Source: Minisyncoccota bacterium
Lineage (GTDB): Bacteria; Patescibacteriota; Minisyncoccia; Phycocordibacterales; UBA5272
Direction: 5' to 3'
Assembly: GCA_041651055.1 (NCBI GenBank)
Contig: JBAZJW010000001.1
Location: forward strand, 306,661-370,660
DNA length: 64,000 nucleotides
Position numbers and translations under genes: made by a program. The notes below the pieces were generated by a model. That model was not told the DNA's origin and ran no database searches. It saw only the letters and a list, made by a program, of their open reading frames with translations. Each line of letters opens with the position of its first letter. Position 1 is the first letter of the stretch. Positions 47,453 to 55,810 of the stretch are shown piece by piece.

Positions 47453-48442
47453 ATGGAAAAAACCTATGATTTGATTGCAATCGGAGACACGGTGGTGGAT
47501 GTTTTTATCAAATTAAACGTTGGACATGTACAAGAGACAGCTAACGGTGCGGAGTTATGCCTTCCTTACGGTGCAAAAGTTCCGTACGAATCGGCAACCC
47601 CTGTGCCTGCGGTAGGAAATAGTGCGAACGCTGCAGTGTCGGCTTCTCGTCTTGGACTTTCGTCTGCTCTTATTGCTTTTGTTGGAAAAGATGAGCACGG
47701 AGAGGAATGCCTCACGAGACTAAAGGAAGAGAATGTTGGCGTAGAATTTATGAGTCAAGAAGAAGGTAAGTCGACAAATTACCACTATGTATTGTGGCAC
47801 GGAAGTGACCGAACTATTCTCATCAAACACTCAGACTTTCTTGAAAAATTACCAGAAAATCTTACCCCTCCGAAATGGCTGTACCTTTCATCACTCGGTG
47901 CACACACAGAAGCTTTTCATGATGAGATATCGGATTATGTGATCGCGCATCCAGATGTAAAGCTCGCTTTCCAGCCAGGAACATTCCAGTTACAAGCAGG
48001 AGATACTCTTGCTGAAATCTACAAACATACAGAAGTGGTCTGTATGAATAAAGAAGAGGCGCAAGGATTACTACAAACGAATGAACACGAAATAAAAATA
48101 TTGCTTGATGCTTTGCAAAACTTTGGACCAAAAACAGTTATCATAACGGATGGAGCAGAAGGTGCCTATATGAAATATGATAATACGTATTTTAATATGC
48201 CGATATATCCTGACATTGCGCAACCTGTTGAGCGCACTGGTGCAGGAGATGCATTCTTCTCAACCTTCGTCGCCTATCTCGCAAAAGGATATGACGCGCC
48301 GTATGCCATTCGTCGTGCACCGATCAACAGTATGAATGTTGTGCAACATGTCGGAGCGCAGGAAGGACTTTTATCTGAATCGGAAATCGAAGAGTATTTG
48401 AAAAAGGCGCCAGAGAATTACAAGCTAACGATATTAGAATAG
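47453..48442 (+). CDS. PfkB-family carbohydrate kinase (ribokinase/fructokinase-like).
   Basis: It has the N-terminal GD(T)VVD motif and the C-terminal TGAGDAF anion-hole motif. Confidence 0.75.
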   Translation: MEKTYDLIAIGDTVVDVFIKLNVGHVQETANGAELCLPYGAKVPYESATPVPAVGNSANAAVSASRLGLSSALIAFVGKDEHGEECLTRLKEENVGVEFMSQEEGKSTNYHYVLWHGSDRTILIKHSDFLEKLPENLTPPKWLYLSSLGAHTEAFHDEISDYVIAHPDVKLAFQPGTFQLQAGDTLAEIYKHTEVVCMNKEEAQGLLQTNEHEIKILLDALQNFGPKTVIITDGAEGAYMKYDNTYFNMPIYPDIAQPVERTGAGDAFFSTFVAYLAKGYDAPYAIRRAPINSMNVVQHVGAQEGLLSESEIEEYLKKAPENYKLTILE

Positions 48443-48461
48443 TTAGGAGCTAGCAGTTAGG

Positions 48462-48545
48462 GGTACATACATAAAGCGCGACCTTCGGTCGCGCTTTATG
48501 TATGTAGTATGTATCATGTGTTTACTCCTAACCCCTAACTGGGCC
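48462..48545. terminator. Long imperfect palindrome forming a bidirectional terminator between convergent genes.
   Basis: The stem is tacatacataaagcgcgacc-ttcg-ggtcgcgctttatgtatgta. It is flanked by cagttagggg and cccctaactg arms. Confidence 0.55.
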
Positions 48546-48546
48546 C

Positions 48547-49533
48547 CTAATAAATCACTGTCTTTATTTTCTCCGCAATATGCTTCGCAGTCAACCCATA
48601 CTCTTCATAAAGTTCTTGAGGTTTTCCTGATTGTCCGAATCTATCTTCTATACCAACACGTGCCACACGAATAGGTGAATGTTCTGCCAAAAATTCTGCA
48701 ACGGCGCTCCCCAATCCTCCGGTCACCTGATGTTCTTCCACTGTTACAATCGCCTTCACATCTTTCACAAAACGAAGGAGGAAGGCAGCGTCGAGTGGTT
48801 TTACTTGTGGCATATTAATAACCGTCACGCCAATACCTTCTTTTTCTAATTCCTTTGCCGCCTTGAGTGCTTCATAAATCACTGGACCACAAGCAATCAC
48901 ACCGATTGAATGTGCGAACTCTCCACCATTCTTTTTTTGAGGAATATGCATCACATACGCCTTTCCATTATTAAACGAGTGATCTTCCGAAAGCATAAGG
49001 GGGGTCTTCTCACGCGTAAGCCTCAAGTACGAGGGATGTTTCGTGGTAGCAATGTACTCCGTAATGATACGTGCTTCAACAGCGTCACACGGAACGAATA
49101 CCTGCATGTTTGGAATCAAACGCATAAGACCGATATCTTCGAGCGCTTGATGTGTCGCACCATCTGGTCCAACAGAAATACCAGCGTGTGCTCCAACAAT
49201 TTTTACTGGCACATTATTGTATGCGATGGTGGTACGAATTTGTTCCCAATTTCTCCCTGGAGAAAACATAGCATAACTCGCCATAAAAGGAATATACCCC
49301 ATAGCTGCAATACCACTTGCGAGTCCTGACATTGCTTGCTCGGTAATACCCACTTCAAAAAATCGTCCGTGGAAAGCGTCCCTGAAATCCCCCATCTTCA
49401 CTGAGTCGGTCAAGTCTGCACACAAAGCGACTACACGTGAATCCAATTTTCCCGCACGTAGAAGACCCTCGCCGAATCCTTCGCGTGTAGCTTTCTCTTC
49501 TTCTTTAGCGGTGAATAATGTATTTCGTATCAT
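48547..49533 (-). CDS. Transketolase, C-terminal section (pyrimidine-binding and C-terminal domains). This is half of a split tkt.
   Basis: It is 328 aa long with Transket_pyr/Transketolase_C-like motifs. Its stop is 2 nt from the next gene. Confidence 0.85.
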   Translation of the reverse strand: MIRNTLFTAKEEEKATREGFGEGLLRAGKLDSRVVALCADLTDSVKMGDFRDAFHGRFFEVGITEQAMSGLASGIAAMGYIPFMASYAMFSPGRNWEQIRTTIAYNNVPVKIVGAHAGISVGPDGATHQALEDIGLMRLIPNMQVFVPCDAVEARIITEYIATTKHPSYLRLTREKTPLMLSEDHSFNNGKAYVMHIPQKKNGGEFAHSIGVIACGPVIYEALKAAKELEKEGIGVTVINMPQVKPLDAAFLLRFVKDVKAIVTVEEHQVTGGLGSAVAEFLAEHSPIRVARVGIEDRFGQSGKPQELYEEYGLTAKHIAEKIKTVIY

Positions 49534-49534
49534 G

Positions 49535-50401
49535 TTACTCTAATTCGTTCTTAATCTTACCCTTGAGCGTTCGCAACTCTTTGAGAGCCATTCTCCCCTC
49601 TTCCACACTAGGAGTTTTGCCATGCCATCTAAAGTCTCCTTCAAAAGCTGTCACCCCTTTTCCTGGAATCGTGTGAGCAATAATGACGGTTGGTTTATCC
49701 AATGAACTTTTTGCAGCACCAACAGCTCGCACGATATCGCGAAAGTTGTGCCCATCTATTTCTATGACATGAAAATTAAAACTTTCCAATTTATCTTTAA
49801 GAGATTCAAGGGGTAAAACGTCTTCCGTATAGCCATCTATTTGAATCGTGTTTCTGTCGATTATCGGAATAACTTTTGTGAGCTTGTACTTGTTCAACAA
49901 TAAAAAAGATTCCCATACTTGTCCTTCATTTATTTCACCATCACCCATACAGCAATAAAAATATCTATCTGGTTTGTGATTCTCTAGTTTATCCATGAGC
50001 GCCATACCGACTGCTTGTGATAGTCCACAACCGAGAGGACCAGATGTCGTTTCAAGTCCAGGGAGCGACTCGCGATGAGGGTGACCCTGAAGACGAGAAC
50101 CAAACCTGCGAAGTGTTTTTAATTCAGACACAGAGAAGTATCCCGCATGTGCCATGGTCGCATAGAGCACGGGCACGATGTGGCCATTAGAGAGGATCAC
50201 TCGATCACGCTGAACCCAGTCCGGATGTCGTGGATTGTGATTGAGAATACGAAAGTAGAGCGCAGTGAAAATATCCGCCATACCAAGTGGTCCAGCAGTG
50301 TGACCACTACCTGCCTCTACGAGCATCTTCACAATACTCTCACGTATATCTTCTGCACGAAGTGTGAGTGCTTGTACTTCTACGTCAGTGAGTGAGTGCA
50401 T
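49535..50401 (-). CDS. Transketolase, N-terminal section (TPP-binding). This is half of a split tkt.
   Basis: It has the TPP-binding GDGEINEG motif and HTAGPLGMADI. Confidence 0.85.
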   Translation of the reverse strand: MHSLTDVEVQALTLRAEDIRESIVKMLVEAGSGHTAGPLGMADIFTALYFRILNHNPRHPDWVQRDRVILSNGHIVPVLYATMAHAGYFSVSELKTLRRFGSRLQGHPHRESLPGLETTSGPLGCGLSQAVGMALMDKLENHKPDRYFYCCMGDGEINEGQVWESFLLLNKYKLTKVIPIIDRNTIQIDGYTEDVLPLESLKDKLESFNFHVIEIDGHNFRDIVRAVGAAKSSLDKPTVIIAHTIPGKGVTAFEGDFRWHGKTPSVEEGRMALKELRTLKGKIKNELE

Positions 50402-50557
50402 ATAGATAGTATACAGCCTACAGTCAACAGTAGGCAGTGGAAAATGAGCAGGTACAGTTTTTAGTTTCCAGTTTTTAGTTTTTAGTGATACAAATACAGA
50501 GAATTTACATAAAAATTAGAAATTAAAAATTTAAAATTCTTTTGTAATCAAAAGTAC

Positions 50558-51217
50558 CTATCCATTCACTGCAGCATTGATTTCTTCAAGCGAGGCACCT
50601 GCGTCATCACGTCCGAATATATAGGAACCAACAACAAGCGTATCCGCTTCTGCTTGTCGTACCAACTTTCCTGTTTCAAGAGTGATGCCTCCATCCACCT
50701 GAATATGCACATCACCAAACTGCTGCTTAAGGGCTTTTACTCGTCCTGGTGTATTTTCGTCAAAGGATTGTCCCTGCTCTCCAATATTTACAATACCCAT
50801 CACTTGAATAAAAACATGAGGATACAGCGTCCGAGCTTTTCGTATCATGTCTGCATGAAAGTCCAACCCTTTGTCATTTGATACAGCAATACCAAGCGCA
50901 GCGGAATGAGGAGAAACCATTCCAACCAATGTAGAGAGATCCTCGTCCGTAAACATATCTACATGCGCGACGATACTTTTCGCACCAAGAGAAAGAGCAT
51001 GAAGTGTGTGGAGTTGCCAAGTATCGAGCATGATATCGAACTCGTATGAAAAAGAAGAAGGCAATACTTCTGTACCTTCTGGCAACCATGTCTTCTCTCG
51101 ACCGAATACACCATCACAAAGGTCAATCTGTACTTTCGAAACAAGACCTTCTACACGTGAAAGTTTTTCTATAAGTTCTTCGAAGTTATGAGGCAAGATG
51201 GCGGGAGTGATTTGCAT
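50558..51217 (-). CDS. rpe: Ribulose-phosphate 3-epimerase-like TIM-barrel enzyme.
   Basis: It has motifs VQIDLCDG, AHVDMF, MGIVNIGEQGQ and VDGGI and sits in a PPP gene context. The sequence is divergent. Confidence 0.6.
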   Translation of the reverse strand: MQITPAILPHNFEELIEKLSRVEGLVSKVQIDLCDGVFGREKTWLPEGTEVLPSSFSYEFDIMLDTWQLHTLHALSLGAKSIVAHVDMFTDEDLSTLVGMVSPHSAALGIAVSNDKGLDFHADMIRKARTLYPHVFIQVMGIVNIGEQGQSFDENTPGRVKALKQQFGDVHIQVDGGITLETGKLVRQAEADTLVVGSYIFGRDDAGASLEEINAAVNG

Positions 51218-51276
51218 GGGAATTAAGTATTAAGGATTAAGGATTAAATATCAGAAATTAACTTTTAGAAAAGTCA

Positions 51277-52290
51277 TTACAGGCTTTCATGTATCTTTTC
51301 ATTATACCTTCCCACCTCGTCTCTACCAAATAATGCCCACGTAAATAGTTTCTCCTGGTGAGAGAGTTCATTCTTAACAAAATCAAGAGACTCTTTATTA
51401 TACCCAACAGGTATATTCCTCTTGGCAACGGCAAGCATTTCAAGTAAAGTTTCGTCATTTGAAACTAATTCTTTAATTTCATCACGATGAAACCCTTCTC
51501 CGGCGAAGTACTCTGCGACCATTGATCTCGCTGTCTCATCAAGACCCAAACCAGACACCCTGGAAAACTCTTCCATAAATTCATACGCAAATAGTCGCCC
51601 TTCTTCATACTCCATAGGAGATCCAATTAAACCAAAAGACATGCCTGATTCTGGGTCCACTTCTTCAAACACCGGAGAGGTTACCTCTCCTTTACGTGCT
51701 AAATATTCACTATAAATTGCATCAGTAATCAGTTCAGTCAATCCTTCATTGAGGTCATTAAACTCTCTACCAACAATCTCTTCCTTATTGGTAAGCTTTT
51801 TTGAAAAAAGATTAGTCACACCCGTTAGTTTCATTTCGTGACTTAAAGAGAAAAATTTAGAAGATGCTATATGAAGAGACTCATGTATACTCGCAGACAA
51901 CAACCTTCCTTTATCAACCGACCCCTTATCGTAAAATGATCGTGCATAAAAATAAATAGATTTTCCGTCTGTTGCTGCTAAAGCGTCGACTATCTGTGAT
52001 TCTTGAGAAAAATGGACACCCTCTCTCTTCTTTGGCTCTTGATAAGAAATTGTATAATCCACTACAATTGAAGGACGATAAACATCATCGAGCACTTGTC
52101 GAACATCCTCTTGTTTTATTTCTGGAAATGATTTTCTATACAATTCAGAAATGATATCCCCAATGAGGTTAAAATCAATTTCTCTCTCAAGAACCTCCTT
52201 AACTTCACTTATTCTTTCGTTCCAGACAAGCTCTTCTTGAGATAAAGATTCTTGTGTGAGTGCAGACTGAGAATAAGGAGGGTGTTCCAT
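51277..52290 (-). CDS. Hypothetical protein with an HExxH motif (HESLH) embedded in the pentose-phosphate operon.
   Basis: SIHESLHIASS is a zincin-like HExxH motif. No other family signature was seen. Confidence 0.45.
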   Translation of the reverse strand: MEHPPYSQSALTQESLSQEELVWNERISEVKEVLEREIDFNLIGDIISELYRKSFPEIKQEDVRQVLDDVYRPSIVVDYTISYQEPKKREGVHFSQESQIVDALAATDGKSIYFYARSFYDKGSVDKGRLLSASIHESLHIASSKFFSLSHEMKLTGVTNLFSKKLTNKEEIVGREFNDLNEGLTELITDAIYSEYLARKGEVTSPVFEEVDPESGMSFGLIGSPMEYEEGRLFAYEFMEEFSRVSGLGLDETARSMVAEYFAGEGFHRDEIKELVSNDETLLEMLAVAKRNIPVGYNKESLDFVKNELSHQEKLFTWALFGRDEVGRYNEKIHESL

Positions 52291-52291
52291 G

Positions 52292-52750
52292 TTATTTCAC
52301 CAATTCCTCAATCTGGATAATTCTATCAGCATGACGCTCATCATGTGAAAATGGTGTTGCTAAAAATAAATCAATCGCCTGCTTGGCTTCGCTCACCGTG
52401 ACAAAACGTGCACCTATAGCAAGAACATTTGTATCATTGTGTTCACGAGATACCTTAATCACATCAAGCGGGCCACCAGCGTAGACAACGGCGCGCACAT
52501 GAGCGAACCTATTCGCTACAATTGATTCTCCTACTCCTGATCCACCAAAAATAACCGCCATAGCCGGTGCATGCATTGCATCTTCTTGCACCTTTTCAGC
52601 AGCTCTGGCCATGTATTCCGGATAATCATCTCCGTCCTCTAGTGTGAGAGCACCACAATCGTACACTTCATTTCCTTTTTCTTCTAAATAACTTTTAATG
52701 TTCTCCTTCAATTCGAACCCCGCATGATCAGTTGCTAAATAAATTTTCAT
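52292..52750 (-). CDS. rpiB: Ribose-5-phosphate isomerase B
   Basis: MKIYLATDHAGFELKENIKSYLEEKGNEVYDCG is an RpiB/LacAB signature. Confidence 0.9.
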   Translation of the reverse strand: MKIYLATDHAGFELKENIKSYLEEKGNEVYDCGALTLEDGDDYPEYMARAAEKVQEDAMHAPAMAVIFGGSGVGESIVANRFAHVRAVVYAGGPLDVIKVSREHNDTNVLAIGARFVTVSEAKQAIDLFLATPFSHDERHADRIIQIEELVK

Positions 52751-52895
52751 ACTTTTAGTATATCATTTTACTCATAATGAATCTGGTTTTGGAAAGTCAG
52801 AAAATAGATTAGATTCTAGGCGCGGGAAAGCGAAAGAGAAGCCGTACGTACTAGTACGGTGACGAGAGAGCTGGGACCCGCAACAACGAAGCTAA

Positions 52896-53993
52896 CTATT
52901 TTATGACTTTTCCAGCACGAGCAACGTGTTCCACGAGAGTATGCGTATACCCCATTTCATTGTCATACCACGCCAACACCTTCACAAGGTTTCCCCCTAC
53001 CACACGCGTCATTTTGAGATCAGCGATAGACGCAAAAGGAAGACCCAGGATATCGCTGGAAACAAGTTCTTCTTCTGTCACTGTGAAAATATCTTTCCAT
53101 GCATCGGTACGAGATGCCTTCGTGAGAATGTCGTTCACTTCTTCCGCTGTCGTGTCACGCTTTGCTATAAAGGTAATATCAACGATTGATCCAGCTGGCA
53201 CTGGTACACGCATAGAAATACCGTCAAAGAGCCCGACAAGTGGTGGAAAGGCTTTGGTGACGGCAATAGCGGCACCTGTTGATGATGGCACGATATTCTG
53301 CGCTGCAGCACGCCCTTCACGAAAATCTTTTTTGTTCGGACCATCCACGATTGATTGCGAGGCAGTATACGCATGTACAGTATTTAAGAGTGCTTTTTCT
53401 ATACCAAGAGCTTCATCCAAAATAGCAATGAGCGGACTTGAAGCATTCGTTGTACACGACGCATTCGAAGTAATATTACACGTGCCGAATTTTTCTTCAT
53501 TCACACCCATGAGAATGGTTTCACCGGGCACCGTACCTGTCGTATCTTCTTTTGCTGGCGCTGAGATGACGACATGCTTTGCTCCGGCGACGATATGCGC
53601 TTGTGCTTTATCGTATGCTGTGAAAAGTCCAGTAGACTCAACAACCACATCGATGTCCATAGCCTTCCATGGAAGCAATGTCGGATCTTTTTCTTGAACA
53701 ACCTGCACACGAGAATCTATTTCCCCTTCGATAACCAAAAATTGTTCGGTCTTTACTATTTCTGTCCCTCCACTTTGGTCGGGACCTCGGTCCACTTCGT
53801 GGACCTCGGCATGCACATCAAACGGTGACACGCGATATACCGTATCATACTGAAGTAAGTATGCGAGATTATGCACGTCTCCTAAATCATTAATTGCTAC
53901 TACTTCTATATCGTCACGAGTTAGTGCAACTTTATAGAAAGCTCGCCCGATACGCCCGAAACCATTGATTGCTACGCGAAGTTTTTTGTCCAT
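52896..53993 (-). CDS. gap: Glyceraldehyde-3-phosphate dehydrogenase
   Basis: It has the VAINGFGRIGR NAD-binding motif and the ASCTTN catalytic Cys region. Confidence 0.9.
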   Translation of the reverse strand: MDKKLRVAINGFGRIGRAFYKVALTRDDIEVVAINDLGDVHNLAYLLQYDTVYRVSPFDVHAEVHEVDRGPDQSGGTEIVKTEQFLVIEGEIDSRVQVVQEKDPTLLPWKAMDIDVVVESTGLFTAYDKAQAHIVAGAKHVVISAPAKEDTTGTVPGETILMGVNEEKFGTCNITSNASCTTNASSPLIAILDEALGIEKALLNTVHAYTASQSIVDGPNKKDFREGRAAAQNIVPSSTGAAIAVTKAFPPLVGLFDGISMRVPVPAGSIVDITFIAKRDTTAEEVNDILTKASRTDAWKDIFTVTEEELVSSDILGLPFASIADLKMTRVVGGNLVKVLAWYDNEMGYTHTLVEHVARAGKVIK

Positions 53994-54089
53994 ATGTAAG
54001 ATAGTATATAGTTAATAGTTAGTAGTTGATAGTTAATAACTAAAAAACACCCCCAAATTATTTTGAAGTGTTTTTAGATATCAGTTAAA

Positions 54090-54974
54090 CTATCTGCGTC
54101 CGTCGGGAACATCATCTTCACCATCTTCCTGACCATTAACATCTTTAAGGTCACGAACTTCAGTGTTTACCTTAAGGGTACTAGTTGCCCTGTTTTCGTT
54201 TTTTATTTCTAGTTTTACACCCACCTTGTTCTCAGATTCTTTATTTGAGTCCACAGAATCTGTATCTTCTACATCTTCTGTATCCTCATTTTCGGATTCC
54301 ATCGTATCTTTCTCTTGATCTTCTTTTGACATTTCTTCTTCTATGCTTCTTTTTTCATCTTGGAAAGATTTTTTTATTTCATCTTTTTTATCCTTAAAAT
54401 CTTCCGCTGATTTCTTGGCATCTTCTAAAGCTTTTTCGGCGTCAGTTATTTTAGCCTCATCTTTTGTCACTTTAGCTTCTTCTAGAAGTTTTTTAAAGGA
54501 CTCGATTTTCACATCGACAATTTCTTTGTGAGCATCTGAAAGAGATTTCGAAAGATCACTTTCTTCTGAATCAAATTCATCATTGGCCTCTTTGGCTAAT
54601 TTTGTGACATCGTTTCCTGCGGCTTTTTCTGTCTTAATAATCTCTGCTGTTTTTTGTACAGTATCTATAATACTTGTATGCACACTATCTAAACCTTTTG
54701 AGTGATCACCAGATTCTGCAAGCATAGCCTTTGCTTCCGCAACACGCTCAGCCACGAAAGCTATTTGAAGTTTTACTTTAGCTTCCGGAGTAAATGCAAA
54801 AAGTTCCTGCAAAGATTCTGTTAGTTTATCGAAAAAATAAAAAGAACTTTCTGGAGTAAGTCCAGCTGAAGCAGAAACATTAGACGAAGAAACTGGAGTT
54901 GTTGTACTTGTTTGAGCAAAAGCAAAGGACACTGCTGCCCCAAACAATAACACTGATGATAGTATTTTTTTCAT
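54090..54974 (-). CDS. Secreted acidic coiled-coil-like hypothetical protein.
   Basis: It has a signal peptide, MKKILSSVLLFGAAVSFAFA, and a K/E/D-rich low-complexity C-terminal half. Confidence 0.55.
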   Translation of the reverse strand: MKKILSSVLLFGAAVSFAFAQTSTTTPVSSSNVSASAGLTPESSFYFFDKLTESLQELFAFTPEAKVKLQIAFVAERVAEAKAMLAESGDHSKGLDSVHTSIIDTVQKTAEIIKTEKAAGNDVTKLAKEANDEFDSEESDLSKSLSDAHKEIVDVKIESFKKLLEEAKVTKDEAKITDAEKALEDAKKSAEDFKDKKDEIKKSFQDEKRSIEEEMSKEDQEKDTMESENEDTEDVEDTDSVDSNKESENKVGVKLEIKNENRATSTLKVNTEVRDLKDVNGQEDGEDDVPDGRR

Positions 54975-55052
54975 AGTAATTTATTACTTTTAATAAGTAC
55001 TAACAGTATATCACTATAATAACCCTAGGCTCGCCTCGTACAAAAAACCAGA

Positions 55053-55203
55053 AGTACTTCTGGTTTTTTGTATTTTGCTTGGTCGTAGAATATTGCTTCA
55101 TAGAAATGTTGCTACATTTCTATGTCTTCGAAGCCAAGCTTCTCGACCTGCAAAAATACAGTCGTAAAGTACTTCTATTTTTTGTATTTTGCTTGGTCGT
55201 GAT
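55053..55203. repeat. Direct repeats of about 33 bp (gtacttct..ttttttgtattttgcttggtcgt) at 55053-55088 and 55169-55203. Each forms a hairpin, and the first includes the perfect palindrome acaaaaaaccagaagt/acttctggttttttgt.
   Basis: The two copies were compared directly. Further small palindromes lie at 55090-55150. Confidence 0.7.
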
Positions 55204-55245
55204 TACACGACACCCAGCAAAAATATAGTCATGAATACTCTCCTT

Positions 55246-55267
55246 ATTTTTGCGGGCCCACGAAGAA
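55246..55267 (-). repeat. Duplicated tRNA-Trp 3' end. It is a 22-bp direct repeat of 55439-55460, comprising the last 15 nt of the tRNA plus 7 nt of trailer. It is a candidate att-like scar.
   Basis: atttttgcgggcccacgaagaa is identical at both sites, and the two copies are 193 bp apart. Confidence 0.8.
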
Positions 55268-55398
55268 GTTCGGTCACCTCGTCTCGTTTTATGAGTACAT
55301 AAAACAGGAGACTCCTCGAAGTCACGTTTGACACTCGTCTACTGACTCGCCCTATTCGATTCTCCACGCATGTGACACAGGTCACATGCTGTGGGTCC

Positions 55399-55446
55399 GC
55401 AAAAATATAAAAACAGTATTCGAAAATACTGTTTTTATATTTTTGC
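55399..55446 (-). terminator. Perfect 22-bp-stem hairpin immediately 3' of tRNA-Trp.
   Basis: The hairpin is gcaaaaatataaaaacagtatt-cgaa-aatactgtttttatatttttgc. Confidence 0.6.
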
Positions 55447-55516
55447 GGGCCCACGAAGAATCGAACTTCGACCAACGGATTTGGAGGCCGTTGTTCTACC
55501 ATTAAACTATAGGCCC
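55446..55516 (-). tRNA. tRNA-Trp (anticodon CCA), 71 nt, with no encoded CCA.
   Basis: The revcomp is GGGCCTATAGTTTAATGGTAGAACAACGGCCTCCAAATCCGTTGGTCGAAGTTCGATTCTTCGTGGGCCCG. It has a 7-bp acceptor stem, the anticodon loop CUCCAAA (U33, CCA, A37), and a T-arm CGAAG-TTCGATT-CTTCG. Confidence 0.85.
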
Positions 55517-55539
55517 ATGTGTGCTATTCTAGCACAAAT

Positions 55540-55570
55540 TTTTTAATTTCTAATTTCAATTGATAAATTA
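55540..55570 (-). promoter_or_regulatory. Variant of the shared A/T-rich element (ttttaatttctaatttcaattgataaatta) 24-54 bp upstream of tRNA-Trp. A TAGAAT -10-like box lies 8-13 nt upstream of the tRNA 5' end.
   Basis: It resembles 25574-25593 and 29294-29313. Confidence 0.4.
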
Positions 55571-55600
55571 AAAACCAGACGATTGTCTGGTTTTTAATTT
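55571..55600. terminator. Bidirectional terminator hairpin 3' of rpmG.
   Basis: The hairpin is aaaaaccagac-gatt-gtctggttttt. Confidence 0.6.
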
Positions 55601-55603
55601 GAA

Positions 55604-55765
55604 TTACTTCTTTGTTTCCTTAAACATAACATGCTTTCGGAGTTTCTTTGAATACTTCTTGAGTTCAATTTTACGAGTTACAAGCTTTTTATTCTTTGAA
55701 GTCCAATATACTTCACCTGTTTCCTTGTGTTTTAGTAAAATGAGATTATCTTGTGCCTTTGCCAT
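55604..55765 (-). CDS. rpmG: 50S ribosomal protein L33 (53 aa). It is absent from the ORF track because it is under 60 aa.
   Basis: The minus-strand translation is [53 protein letters not shown]. It has the L33 pattern (YxTxKNK...ELKKY...KHV..KE.K). Confidence 0.8.
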   Translation of the reverse strand: MAKAQDNLILLKHKETGEVYWTSKNKKLVTRKIELKKYSKKLRKHVMFKETKK

Positions 55766-55810
55766 AGTTTTGCAATTATACTTTATATTTTACCATTTAG
55801 CAACCCCGTA

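Noticed and set aside
52903-53697. Plus-strand 264-aa ORF antisense to gap.
   Set aside because: It lies entirely within the well-supported GAPDH gene on the other strand and its composition is Ala/Ser/Thr-rich and antisense-like.
55203-55502. Minus-strand 99-aa ORF.
   Set aside because: It overlaps tRNA-Trp, the 22-bp stem hairpin and palindromes. It has no RBS, so it is spurious.
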